A stretch of 64,000 nucleotides of DNA, the filler included, from Octopus bimaculoides (taxonomy: Eukaryota): the NCBI RefSeq assembly GCF_001194135.2. It is 7 parts of 7 records of this genome, joined end to end, with 100 filler letters (N's around TTAATTAATTAA, not from the genome) between each part and the next. Parts side by side here need not be neighbours in the genome. Positions count along the whole stretch, not along the records: positions 23,394 to 37,930 come from NC_068984.1; positions 38,031 to 41,656 come from NC_068996.1; 5 more parts are not named here. One strand, written 5' to 3'. Positions 28,600 through 41,756 of this stretch are shown here, one piece after another; within the stretch, counting starts at the first letter, position 1; each line of letters begins with the position of its first letter. Under the pieces are notes generated by a model, which did no database searches, was not told the origin of the DNA, and saw only the letters and a list, made by a program, of their open reading frames with translations. The position numbers and the translations under genes are program-made.

Positions 28600-28700
28600 A
28601 AACCAGGGAAAGGAAACGACAGCCCATAGTCGAGAACAAGGGAAAAAAAACCGTCGATGGCCTATGCTTCATAGGGAGTTAAGGTCTTAAGTAAGTAATA
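28600..28700 (+). mobile_element. RTE-like LINE 3' terminus
   Basis: ..GTCGATGGCCTATGCTTCATAGGGAGTTAAGGTCTTAAGTAAGTAA, resembling RTE 3' ends with (TAAG)n tails. Confidence 0.45.
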
Positions 28701-29410
28701 TTTTTTAGCGGAGTTGGTCAACTATATATTGTTACTGATCCAACGGTTTGTAATCTAACTACATCTGCTTGGTTTTGTGAGTACGTACGTGTATGTATAT
28801 GTCTGAGTGAATGGGCATGTGTAAATGGCTATGTGTACATGTGTACGTTTGTCCATGCATGTGCCTGCGTGTATATGTGCATGACGTTAAACTGAAGGCC
28901 TTAAACTCTACTTCAAACTGGAGTTATGAAAATATACATTTCGTTTCTGGCTTTTCTATTAGATAAGTGAATGATAATGTGACATCAATAAGACATAATT
29001 GTTGAATTACGAGAAACCATTCTAACCTTTCTTTGCCTTTGTTCCAATTCTAGAGGAGCAATGTCACAGTTTGAAGATTCATTAAGATTATGTCTTTAAG
29101 GTCAGGCGATTGGACATTTTCGAAACCTCTGCCTTTAGATATTTCTCTAAAGGTGAGTGTGTGCTTGTGTATATCTCTGATCTGGGGCGAATACTAGAGG
29201 AAAAAGAGATACTGAGCAAAATAAGACAATGCTGGAGTGTGTGGAAGAGAAAACATGAGTGTGTGATAGAGTAAGCAAAGTGTGTATTTGTGTAGGCGAA
29301 CATGGCTATACTATGACTGTGCATATATTCATGAATCTATTTTAGATGTTAGATATGTTTCAACATATACTCGGTTGCTAACAGTATATTTACATACAAA
29401 CATACATGCA

Positions 29411-29446
<36 letters not shown>

Positions 29447-29610
29447 TACAAAAATACCCTGCTGATGTTGAAATTTCAATGAAGGGAACTTGGATCTAGG
29501 TTAGAAACCAACTCTTTTTCTATTGGCAAAAAATCTTGAGAACTAAATAATGACACACACACACAAATATACGCACATATACACACACATGCACACACAT
29601 ATATACATAT

Positions 29611-29665
<55 letters not shown>

Positions 29666-30643
29666 GGATGCATAATTAACGACCGTTTTTTATTCTAAAT
29701 TTATTCGAAAATGACCAATAAAACACCAAAATAAAATAAAACGANNNNNNNNNNNNNNNNNNNNNNNNNNNNNNNNNNNNNNNNNNNNNNNNNNNNNNNN
29801 NNNNNNNNNNNNNNNNNNNNNNNNNNNNNNNNNNNNNNNNNNNNNNNNNNNNNNNNNNNNNNNNNNNNNNNNNNNNNNNNNNNNNNNNNNNNNNNNNNNN
29901 NNNNNNNNNNNNTATATATATGTATATATATATGATTCGCTCACGCATAGCGATATTTAATAACCCGGTGTTAGAACTCAATATACATCAGAATAAAGAG
30001 CGTTAATCGAGTACAGAGCGTAATATGACAATAAATATATATGCATCTGTAAGTCTGGCTGCGTGGGTGTGTATGTATGTATGTATGTATGTATGTATGT
30101 ATGCATGCGTGTATGTATATATGAATGTATACAAGCTTCAGGCAAGTTCACATACGTTAGAGAAATATTTAAGCTTGTAAAACCTTTTCACTGTAGTTTG
30201 TCCTAGAAAAATAATTCTCCCTTAAGATAAAAAAGGTGCTAAAACACGATAGTCATCTCAGAGCGCCCTACGTTGGACTGATGGATGCATTTCGAACTCG
30301 TTCGTTCCTTTCAACACCACATAGCAAGAGAAGTGACTCTGAACAGTATAGGGAGTTTTGCTATCGTTATCGTAAATCACTAAATATATACTGGTAGTGC
30401 CCATTCCCCGCGAGGCCGAAACAAATTCATGGGTAGATGCAAAAAGCAGTAGCGGAATGTAAGATCAGTTAATCTTTTTTTATATTTTTGCACTGCTCGT
30501 TAAATCGCATTAATGAGAGAACAAGCAGGTTTGGGAGGTATAGGTGTAAACTTACCTGCAAGAGTAAAAAAGTAAAATATGATAAAAGAAACATTAAAAA
30601 TAGATGATACAATATTGCACATTTTACTGACTCAACTGTTTCT

Positions 30644-30878
30644 TATTTCTTTATTGCCCACAAGGGGCTAAACACAGAGGGGACAAACAAGGACAGACAA
30701 AGGGATTAAGTCGATTACATCGACCCCAGTGTGTAATTGGTACTTAATTTATCGACCCCGAAAGGATGAAAGGCAAAGTCGACCTCGGCGGAATTTGAAC
30801 TCAGAACGTAACAGCAGACGAAATACTGCTAAGCATTTCGCCCGGCGGGGTAACGTTTCTGCCAGCTCGTCGTCTTTA
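30644..30878 (-). mobile_element. Young full-length tRNA-headed SINE family C with 16-bp TSD
   Basis: Minus strand GAGCTGGCAGAAACGTTA..GAGTTCAAATTCC (A/B boxes), tail AATAAAGAAATAAG; TSD TGACTCAACTGTTTCT (30628-30643) / TGACTCAACAGTTTCT (30879-30894). Confidence 0.92.
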
Positions 30879-32162
30879 TGACTCAACAGTTTCTAATAAT
30901 TCAATTATACACTGGGCTATGTTGTTTGAATTTATACTTTTTATTTCCAGTTTTATTTTATCATATTCTTTTCTTGCACCGCAGAAGAGTCGACTATTTT
31001 GCTCTTTTCTTCACTATCATCTGAAGATTGGAAACGAGAAACTCGGAGCAACAATTTGAGAATTTTTCATCTCCCAATAAGTCCGATAAAAGTTTCCGTG
31101 TCGTACTGAGTTCTTACATATCTACATTTGCGCTAAAAGGAAATGTATAGATACATACATAGAAACATACATACATACATACATACATACATACATACGC
31201 ACATACATACGTACATACATACATACAAACATATACATATACATACAAATGAGTACATGCTTGTATATATCAATGTGCATAAATATATGCATGAGTGCGT
31301 ATGTATGTATCTGTATGTGTATAAGTATATACATATATATGTGCGTGTGAGTGTGTGCGTGTGTATGTATTTGTGCTTGTGTGTGTATTTGCATAACATA
31401 CATGCAAACATTCAAATAAACATAGATATAAGCATTCATACACCCCACACACAAACAAACATACATATATATAATAAAGTCTATTTTTTAACCATTAGCA
31501 TCTTAAGAATTGTTTGTGTTGAAATTAAATTCTAGGTGCCAAAACGTAGTACAGAATTACTACTCCATTAGAGAATTTGTAATGAAATAAATATTTAAAC
31601 GAAAGTATTTGGCTGGTTTTTTCCTAAGCTGTTAATGTTTATTGTTATGACTATTTTCTATTGCAGCTTTTGTGGGCACTACAGCTGTTATGGCAGCAGT
31701 TCTTCTTGTTGATTTTTCTGTATTGTTTTAAACCATTATTAACTGAGTGAAAGGGAGAAAAAATAATAATAAGTCGTTGTTTATCGATTTAATAGGACAT
31801 CTGTCTCCTGCTAACCAAGGAGACAAATTTTTTTAAACTGGAACTGGCTTTCCATTGTTATTTTTTTATACTTTAATCTAAAAATGAAGAACAACGCTGA
31901 TGACCTTTTCGAAGACTGGTTGGGAGAAGAAGAAACCAGAATGCTTTTATTTAATATCTACAATAGAGAAGACTAAATGTCTGGTGGTTTTGTTAAAGTG
32001 GGAAACAGATCAAAACTACCACCTGGTATTAAACCGGACGGTAGATTAAGGTTATGGCCCTCTAATGCCTTTACATCAATAATTCCACACCTTTTTCTAT
32101 GCTCATCATCCCTAAGAAATTTTCGCACTCCCTCCAAAACTGATTTTACATATGAAATAATT

Positions 32163-32380
32163 CTTTCTAACTTTGGCACAGGGAGGGCAACTTTCAGGAA
32201 AGTGGGCAGGGATTAAGCTGCATCATCCCCAGTACTCGACTGGTATTTATTTTATCGATTTCTGGAAAGATAAAAGGCAAGTCGATCTCGGCGATATTTC
32301 AACTCAAAACACAAAGCCGGACGAAATGCTGTTACACAGTTTGTCCGAAGCGCTAACGAGTCTGCTAACTCACCACCTTC
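32163..32380 (-). mobile_element. Diverged SINE family C copy
   Basis: CCCAGTACTCGACTGGTATTTATTTTATCGA...GGCAAGTCGATCTCGGCG...GACGAAATGC. Confidence 0.7.
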
Positions 32381-32856
32381 ACGTTTGAAATAATAAAAAG
32401 TCAATTTTCTAATAATAACTTTAATTAAATTTCATAGAGTAATGTCATTGAACAAAATGAACTCAAAAAATATGTTTTTGACAGTCTTTAAACTGCAAAT
32501 GCAAATTGGACAATTAAAAAAAGTGTTGAGTCACAACAGTGAAAATAAGTTCAATTGTTTTTTAGCTCCTTCTTGGCATTCATGACTTTATAAACGGTTC
32601 GTAACAATATGAAGCATTTTCCAAAGCCAAGGCATAACTCTCATAAGCTAAGTCTATATAACACTAAGTAGGAAGAACTGTATAATTAACGAGTGCTTCG
32701 CTAGAATTCCATATTAGTGAAGTCTAACCCCTTGAATTGAAAGAAAACAAAAGAAGCTTCTCCCGAAATTAGACTCGAATTAGAGCCGCCATTGATTTTT
32801 CGACCTTGCTATTGCTTTCTACTATGGGTGAGCAACAATCTATCCAAAGATAAATA

Positions 32857-33078
32857 CAGTAATCCTTCGACATATCGCCGTTCACCTATCGTGGCTTATT
32901 ATTTAAGCTTACGTCGAGTCCTCCCTGGTGTTGTTTTGCTTTTGTAATAAAATAAATATATACAAATTATAAAAATAATAATAATAAATATATAGTTCAG
33001 TACTGTTTCTACTTCACGGATTTTCACCTACCGCGAGATTTTTGGAACGCAACACCCGCGATAGACGAGGGATTTCTG
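32857..33078. mobile_element. Tigger/pogo-type MITE (222 bp)
   Basis: TA-CAGTAATCCTTCGACATATCGC ... CGCGATAGACGAGGGATTTCTG-TA: inverted termini of the CAGTxxTCCCTCG type with TA duplication. Confidence 0.75.
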
Positions 33079-35944
33079 TACATCATTCACCTAGTGTTAC
33101 ACAACTACCACAACGGCAACAAAATGACCAAATAACTACATGTTCTTTATCGTTTCCTTCTAAGAAAATCGAAGTATTTAATAATTAACGAACTTTCTCA
33201 AGAAACTTAATCTATCAATGAAGCTCATATAACATTGTTTTCTTAGATAGATATATCAGATTAGTTTAAGAGAGTAAATACAAGATGACACTTTGCTCGA
33301 GCGCTTAAAATATTTGTGACATTAATAAGCTGGAAGTTTACAAATTCAAAAGTGAAACGAACTTGCAGATTTTGTATACTGCAAAAATAACGTTACAAAA
33401 TGTATTTGTATAAAATTGCTCTGCGAATAGTTTCAGAGATAATATACATAAATGGTTTAAGTTTTTACTAGGGAAAAGCTATTATTGCAGATGACAAATG
33501 GATGTTTCGATAAAAAGTTTCTTTTTTTTTTCTTTCTTATTGCTTAGTTCCAAAATTTTGAAATTACGACTGTAAAATATTGCTTGTGACGTCATTTCAA
33601 TAAAATATTTATGTTATAACTTCGTTTTATTGTAAAAGTTTTCCTCGTCATAAACATTCATAATTTTTATATTGCTTCAACATATCGTGGATATTTTTAC
33701 AGACTGTAATCCTGATTATTTTATACATTCTTTTCTATATTTCCCGATGGACAATTGAAATAATCCCCTGGCGGTTTCTTAAACACGGTTTGAAATCTAT
33801 AATATTTAAACACGCTAATATGCAGCTGTTGATATATTTACAGATTAAAACAAACATTATTTAGTTTAGCGTTATACATAAACATATAAACACACACATA
33901 CAGAAAGTAAAGTAAATGGATATCCGTTGGTTTCGATGGTGAGTACTCCAGTTGTTCAATCAACTGAACTTTTTTTGGCTTCAAATTTTGGAACAAGGCC
34001 AGCAATTTGAGGAATGGGATAAGTCGATTACATTGACCTCAGTGTTCAGCTGGTGCTTATTTTATCGAAACCGAAAGGATGAAAGGCAAAGTCAACCTCG
34101 GTGGAATAACTGAACGAATCTTATTGTAAAAACATCTATATCACTGAGTAATCCACAAACCCAGAAATCCTTAAATTGATTATCAGGCAGAATCAACTTT
34201 ATAAGGTGACTGGCAAAGCGAGGTCTTTGAATTACAGCTAAATTCCATCCAACGGCGTTAGTTTCCGACAAAGTATTTCACTCACGGCTTGAAGGGGCCC
34301 GATACACTTCCAAGATGCTAATCAGCGGAATCGATCCCGGACATCTCGTGATTGCGAAGCGACCTTCTTAACCACTCAACCACACACGTACTCACACATA
34401 TATTTCTGGTATTTATGTAATAAGTGTTTTCTGCGTATCGTTATTTTAACATTCTGTTTTGGAGATAAATAAATTGAAATGAAACAGGGTGCGTTCAGCA
34501 ATATTCTTTTTTAGTATTCTACAGCGTTTTTCGATGCAGCAGAGCTACCCACCCATATTTACGAGCCATAGTAAAAAATACATTAACTAGGTAGATGAGA
34601 TGTGTTGAGGATAAGTGTTCATAACTTAATTCTTTCTTGGACCTCAAGAGTATTTGGTCTTTGGCATGCAGCTTTCGCAGTATAAGTGAACTGTTGTCTC
34701 TATGAAATATCACTGAGAAGATAAGGTTCAGTTTTATAGAAAATTATTTTGGTTTGATTTTCACGAGCAAGAAAAGAGTAAGTGTATTTTGTTGTGTATT
34801 TTTTTATCTGTAGTCAATATGCTTTGGTGTTTTTAACTGAAACTTGGTTGTTGTGTTCCCAAAGGAGGGCAAATTCTTAGAGAATTTGCATATATTTGGA
34901 GCTAGATGTATAAATTGCTTCTGGGTAAGTTTTATGTTGAAACGAGTATCAATTTAAAAGTACTTGCAGACAGGTCATTCATGCACATAAATATCATTCA
35001 TGCTTATTATATATGTAAAGTGTAAGGCACACAAATAAATCCAGAAAAACATGAATTTATAGAATTTTACGCCTTCTTTATTATCTCATTTAATGCTCCT
35101 GCAGTCTTTTAGAAATCAACAAATTCTATACATTTGTATTTCTTGATGTTTGTTATAGACAATATGTTTTTGTAGTCCAAGTCAGTTCTGACCGAGAAAT
35201 CATTTGGGTTGCAGGTATTTACTTGAACGGTTTTGACACAGATTTGGTGGGGTACTCTAATTACACAATGTTTCGCTTAACTGAGAATCACACTGTACAC
35301 TTCGACAAATAGCCAAGTGGACATCGCTTGTGAATGCATGTGACTCCGCAAACCATGTACTGTAGACAATAAGCACAGTGACCTACAAAGACTTATTCAA
35401 CGTCAACGAAATCTCAATCAGTCAAAAACACCAAACTTTATTCAGATCTATAACAATTAGATACTATAATGATAAGTTATTGTAAAATTGGCTGGAACTG
35501 GTTGGATCGATCTTATTACACACCTGGCACTTGTTAATTCTACCAGTGTGACGAACGGCAAAAATCAACTTCAGTGAGATTTAAACTCACATTAATTCCA
35601 GAACTCTAGAATTTCTCTTACTCCATCACCTTCTCATTATCTATAATGATATTTAGATAATCAGAAAATATTCTAAGCATTTCTAAAACATTTCTAAAAT
35701 TCACTGAAAGACCGAGTTGTTTAAATGCATTTAAATTACACAAAAATCAATATTGTTAATGGCGAACAAATTCCTTTTCAACTTTATCCAATCATTGAAG
35801 TTCATCGATGTGTGGTAAATATGCAACAAGATTTCTTTATCATTAACTACATTGATTTTGGTTTAAATTCCTTTGAAAAAAATAGGGATTTTTTAATACA
35901 TTGCATTAGGTATTTTTCGTTGTTATAATAGTTGCTGGAGTTAC

Positions 35945-35955
35945 TGTTGATGATG

Positions 35956-36017
<62 letters not shown>

Positions 36018-36040
36018 AATGATGGTGATGATGATGATAT
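35945..36040. repeat. (GAT)n microsatellite
   Basis: Direct inspection. Confidence 0.95.
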
Positions 36041-37266
36041 TGGTGGCGTCGTCGTTGATGAAGTCACGTTGTCGCTATTTTCGTCGCCATTGCTGTCTTT
36101 TTTTTCTTCCTTATAATCAGGAGAAAAAGCAATTCCCATGATCATTTACGGGACCTCCGACTGCTTGCAACAGAGTGTACTCCAATAAAAGCACCCAAGA
36201 GCCAAGTATTTCAACAGAGTAATTCTAAAATTCAAGTGGGACATGGTGGGATTTGAACCCAGAACGCCAAGAATCAGAACAAGTACCGCGTGGCATCCAT
36301 TCCAACGCCCTTACAATTGCACTAATCCACCACCCCTAAATTGGGACATTTTTGTCGACTCTGAAACGAAGAAAAGCAATGTTAACTTCAGCAGGATTTT
36401 AATTCAAAGCGCATAGAGTTGGAACAAATATCGGCTCATATTCTCTTCGACGCTCTATCGACTATAGCAACTTGCGTTTTGTTTAGAAACATGTCAGTCA
36501 TGATTGATGAAATCTATAAACAAGGCATTCTTGCCGTGACTATCCTGTCTTTTCAAACATTGTGTTAGATTCGGATAGCACTGTCATATTTCCTGTAGAT
36601 ATCAAATTATTTCTAAAATCAACCGAATACAGAATTCGGCACTCTGGAAGTTTTGCGCTGAAACTCAAGAACATTTTGTGGAAAATGTGGAAATGGTATT
36701 AGGAAAATTGGCTGTGATTCTCAGACTTGCTTTTTTTAAAAGACAGAGTGTGATTTGAAAGAGTTTTGTCCGTTATTTTTAGTAGGTCGAGTGACTTTAC
36801 TACATAGACACACTCATAGGCTCGTTCAAATTTTGTTATAAAGACGAGAAACTATTTTACGACATATGCGCTTTTTAAAGCGTATAAGATACAAATGAAG
36901 TTAAGCTTCTGTAAATATGAATTGTATTCAACGTGTAAACTGAAAGCATAACTCTACGAGTTACTGTTTAAATATCTGTTAATGTATGGATAAATCAGGC
37001 TCCAGTACTAAGAATTGCTTTCCAAATTGTTTGGCAACAGCTTACATTACTTACTGAAGGTGTTAAATGTTTATTTCAGAAAATATATGGAAAGTCAGTG
37101 ATTTTTTTTCCATGACTTCTATATTTTGAGCTGGTATTCAGAAAATGTAATTATGCAACGTTTGTCTTGTGACGTGATTTCATTAAAATATTTATATTAT
37201 AACGTCGTTTCATTGCAAACCTTCCATTTATGTTTCCCAAAGATTATACATAAATACACATATACA

Positions 37267-37302
<36 letters not shown>

Positions 37303-37429
37303 CCAGGCTTAAAAAATATCTGCTGGAACCGTTGACTCTGACAAATATACATATATATACATTTATGTATTTATGTATGTATGTTTATATAGATATGTAT
37401 ATATGTATGCATATATATGTATATATGTA

Positions 37430-37516
<87 letters not shown>

Positions 37517-37619
37517 NNNNNNNNNNNNNNNNNNNNNNNNNNNNNNNNNNNNNNNNNNNNNNNNNNNNNNNNNNNNNNATATTTATATATATATGTATAT
37601 ATATATGTATATACATATT

Positions 37620-37651
<32 letters not shown>

Positions 37652-37823
37652 TATTTGTATATATATATATATGTATATATATGTATATACATATTTATAT
37701 ACATATATGTATATATATGTATATACATATTTATATATATATATATGTGTTGATATATGTATATACATATGGATATACATATATGTATGGATGCATATAT
37801 ATATGTATATATATGTACATATT

Positions 37824-37861
<38 letters not shown>

Positions 37862-38101
37862 TGCATATATATGTGTATATATGTATATATATGTATATAT
37901 ATTTATATATATATGTGTATATATATATGTNNNNNNNNNNNNNNNNNNNNNNNNNNNNNNNNNNNNNNNNNNNNTTAATTAATTAANNNNNNNNNNNNNN
38001 NNNNNNNNNNNNNNNNNNNNNNNNNNNNNNACACTTTTCAACTCTTGTGTTTTTTTTTTCTTTCTAATTTAAATTACATGGATTAGAGGATGGTTTGCAT
38101 T

Positions 38102-38134
<33 letters not shown>

Positions 38135-38724
38135 TTTTGTGTACTTGTCTGCGTGTGCTTGTGTGTCATCATATTTGTTTTCACATCACTTGAAGACATG
38201 TTCACCCCCACACACCTTCCTACAGAGAGAGGGAGAGAGAGAGAGAGAAGGAGAGAGAGAGAGAAGGAGAGAGAGAGAAGGAGAGAGAGAAGGAGAGAGA
38301 GAGAGAAGGAGAGAGAGAGAGGAGGAGAGAGAAAGAGAAAAAGAGCGAGAAGGCAAGCGAGAGTATATCTCTCTCTTTCTTAGACGTAAGTCCTCTTTTA
38401 TGTTTAGTTTTTCATACTTACTCTCTCTTTCACACAAACACACAAAGCTACATATATTCTATTCTTTTATTCGATTGTTCACTCTCTTTGTCCGCTCCTC
38501 TCTCTCTCCCTCCCCTCTCTCTCTCCCCCTCTCTCTCTGTTTTACACTCGCGCTTTTTTCTTGCATTCTTACACTCATACTCTTTCTCTTTACACTTTCT
38601 TTCTCTGCTTGCATCCCTCACTCTCTCTCATTCTCTTTCTCACCTGTCCCACCTTCAAAGTCGTTTAATATGTATTTCCTAGCTTTAAGGAATATCAAAA
38701 TGAAAGCTTATAATTAACAAATTC

Positions 38725-38734
38725 TTGTTGTTGC

Positions 38735-38810
<76 letters not shown>

Positions 38811-38886
38811 CTTCTTCTTCTTCTTCTTCTTCTTCTTCTTCTTCTTCTTCTTCTTCTTCTTCTTCTTCTTCTTCTTCTTCTTCTTC
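38725..38886. repeat. Compound (GTT)n(CTT)n microsatellite running into a gap
   Basis: Direct inspection. Confidence 0.95.
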
Positions 38887-39423
38887 NNNNNNNNNNNNNN
38901 NNNNNNNNNNNNNNNNNNNNNNNNNNNNNNNNNNNNNNNNNNNNNNNNNNNNNNNNNNNNNNNNNNNNNNNNNNNNNNNNNNNNNNNNNNNNNNNNNNNN
39001 NNNNNNNNNNNNNNNNNNNNNNNNNNNNNNNNNNNNNNNNNNNNNNNNNNNNNNNNNNNNNNNNNNNNNNNNNNNNNNNNNNNNNNNNNNNNNNNNNNNN
39101 NNNNNNNNNNNNNNNNNNNNNNNNNNNNNNNNNNNNNNNNNNNNNNNNNNNNNNNNNNNNNNNNNNNNNNNNNNNNNNNNNNNNNNNNNNNNNNNNNNNN
39201 NNNNNNNNNNNNNNNNNNNNNNNNNNNNNNNNNNNNNNNNNNNNNNNNNNNNNNNNNNNNNNNNNNNNNNNNNNNNNNNNNNNNNNNNNNNNNNNNNNNN
39301 NNNNNNNNNNNNNNNNNNNNNNNNNNNNNNNNNNNNNNNNNNNNNNNNNNNNNNNNNNNNNNNNNNNNNNNNNNNNNNNNNNNNNNNNNNNNNNNNNNNN
39401 NNNNNNNNNNNNNNNNNNNNNNN

Positions 39424-39458
<35 letters not shown>

Positions 39459-39749
39459 TTGTGTATGTGTATCTATACAGACACACACACACACACACAC
39501 ACATATACAAAGACAGAAAGAGAAAGAGAAAAGGAGAGAGGGAGAGATAGGAGAGAGAAGGAATGAGAGAGCGAGTGGGGGGAGATATAAAGATACAGTT
39601 TGGGATTTTATAGCAATCAGATAAGTAGGAGAGTGTGAGGAAACAAAGAAATAGAAAAAACTAGAAATAGAGACACTAGGTACTTAGACTATTAAGATGT
39701 GAGACAGATGTACACACACATACACACATACACACACAAGCACAAACAT

Positions 39750-39784
<35 letters not shown>

Positions 39785-40164
39785 TGTTACTAATTCAAAA
39801 ACATGCTTGAGGTATTCGAACCCATATGAAAGTCATTCACTATATTTTGTCATGGAGAAAATTTCTCGCTGTAGACAGAAAGGTGTAAACACAACGAGTC
39901 AGTCCCCGGGTGACCTCTAATCAAACTGTGGAATGTATTTTTCCCGGAGTGGTTATCTCCTCTTCAGCAACTGAGACCAGAAATGCAGACGTTACGAATG
40001 ATATTAGAGACAAGTCTCTCTTATGATGTAATTCCCGTCATCGTTCAATGAGTGGTTGAACTATTCAGCAGCTCGCCGCAATACAAAATATGGGGTGACA
40101 CAAGCGCACACACACACACACACTCACGCGCGCGCGCACACACACACACACTTGTGTTTGTGTG

Positions 40165-40235
<71 letters not shown>

Positions 40236-40300
40236 ATACTTGTGTATATAAGATTGACCAGTGACCGGTCTGTCAATATATATATATATATATATATATA

Positions 40301-40498
40301 GGTAAATTTTCAGATTAACACTCGCACGATTAAACCTAACCCTAACCCTAACCCTAACCTTAACCCTAACCCTAAACCTAAAGCCCTAACCCTAACTCTA
40401 AAACCCTAACCCTAAACTTAACCCTAAAACCCTAACCTTAAAACCCTAACCCTAACACCCTAGTGAAAATCTTGCGGGTGTTAATCTGAAAATGCACG
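40301..40498. mobile_element. Mini element: 25-bp inverted repeats enclosing a degenerate (CCCTAA)n array, flanked by (TA)n
   Basis: TTTTCAGATTAACACTCGCACGATT (40307-40331) and AATCTTGCGGGTGTTAATCTGAAAA (40468-40492) pair 23/25; interior 40333-40461 is CCCTAA-type repeats. Confidence 0.75.
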
Positions 40499-41067
40499 TG
40501 TATATATATTTATATGTANNNNNNNNNNNNNNNNNNNNNNNNNNNNNNNNNNNNNNNNNNNNNNNNNNNNNNNNNNNNNNNNNNNNNNNNNNNNNNNNNN
40601 NNNNNNNNNNNNNNNNNNNNNNNNNNNNNNNNNNNNNNNNNNNNNNNNNNNNNNNNNNNNNNNNNNNNNNNNNNNNNNNNNNNNNNNNNNNNNNNNNNNA
40701 TATATATATATGGATAAATAGATAGATATAAAATTAAAATACACAGCAAAAACGAAAACTATAATTGTCACTAAATGTAACTAGGGGGTTAGAAATACCT
40801 ACATTGCTAGAAATAAGAACTAAAATGCTCTAATGCTCATTCAAAGCACATAATTATGTGTACAAATAGATACACGACTGTGACTGCTATGTCTAGAGCT
40901 TTACGTAGATTTCCATAATCCAGTCTCCTTTACGCAGGGAGGTTAATTAACTTCTATTCAAACTAGTATACCTGTTATGAACTACAGAGCAATTGTGTTT
41001 ATCCTTATTTTTCACATATATGTATATGTATCTCTCTTTCTTTCTCTCTCTCTCTATTCACACTCAC

Positions 41068-41098
<31 letters not shown>

Positions 41099-41324
41099 TG
41101 TATGTATGTATGTATGTATGTATGTATGCATGCATGCATGTATGTATGTATGTATGTATGTATGTATGTATGTATGTATGTATGCATGTATGTATCTATC
41201 TATATCTATCTATATATATATATGTGTGTGTGTATCAGTGTGTATGTGTGTGTGTATGGAAGGAGAGAAAGAGAGGGAGAGAGAAAAAGAAATTCACACA
41301 CACACACACACACACATATATATA

Positions 41325-41655
41325 GGCGCAGGCGTGGGTGTGTGGTGAGTAGCTTGCTAACCAAGTGTCTTATACTATAACCTCGGGCCGACCAAAGCCT
41401 TGTGAGTGGATTTGGTAGAAGGAAACTGAAGGAATCCCACTGTACATATATATATGTTTGCGAGTCTGTTTATCTCCTCACCATCACTTGACAACTAATG
41501 TTGTTGCGCTTACGTCCCCGCAACCTAGCGGTTCGGAAAAAGAAGTCGATAGAATAAGTACTAGGCTTACAAAGAATAAGTCCTGGGGTCAATTTGTTCG
41601 ACTAAAGGCGGTGCTCCAGCATGGCCGCAGTGAAATGACTGAAACAAATAATATA
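41325..41655 (+). mobile_element. SINE family B, full-length
   Basis: GGCGCAGGCGTGGGTGTGTGGTGAG head (with internal deletion), GGAAACTGAAGGAATCCC, 3' part ..CAGCATGGCCGCAGTGAAATGACTGAAAC. Confidence 0.85.
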
Positions 41656-41756
41656 TNNNNNNNNNNNNNNNNNNNNNNNNNNNNNNNNNNNNNNNNNNNN
41701 TTAATTAATTAANNNNNNNNNNNNNNNNNNNNNNNNNNNNNNNNNNNNNNNNNNNN

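Noticed and set aside
31021-31045. CTGAAGA..GAAAC hammerhead-like core
   Set aside because: No stem I or stem III pairing and no proper NUH context.
35906-36145. Poly-Met and poly-Ser ORFs
   Set aside because: Translations of the (GAT)n microsatellite.
39880-40110. GC-richer stretch with a frame interrupted by two TGA codons (selenoprotein idea)
   Set aside because: No recognisable selenoprotein motif or SECIS element seen; two stops in ~75 codons is unremarkable by chance.
40333-40461. True telomere or chromosome fusion site
   Set aside because: The tract is short, degenerate, in one orientation and enclosed by inverted repeats in mid-scaffold. Reinterpreted as a mobile mini-element.
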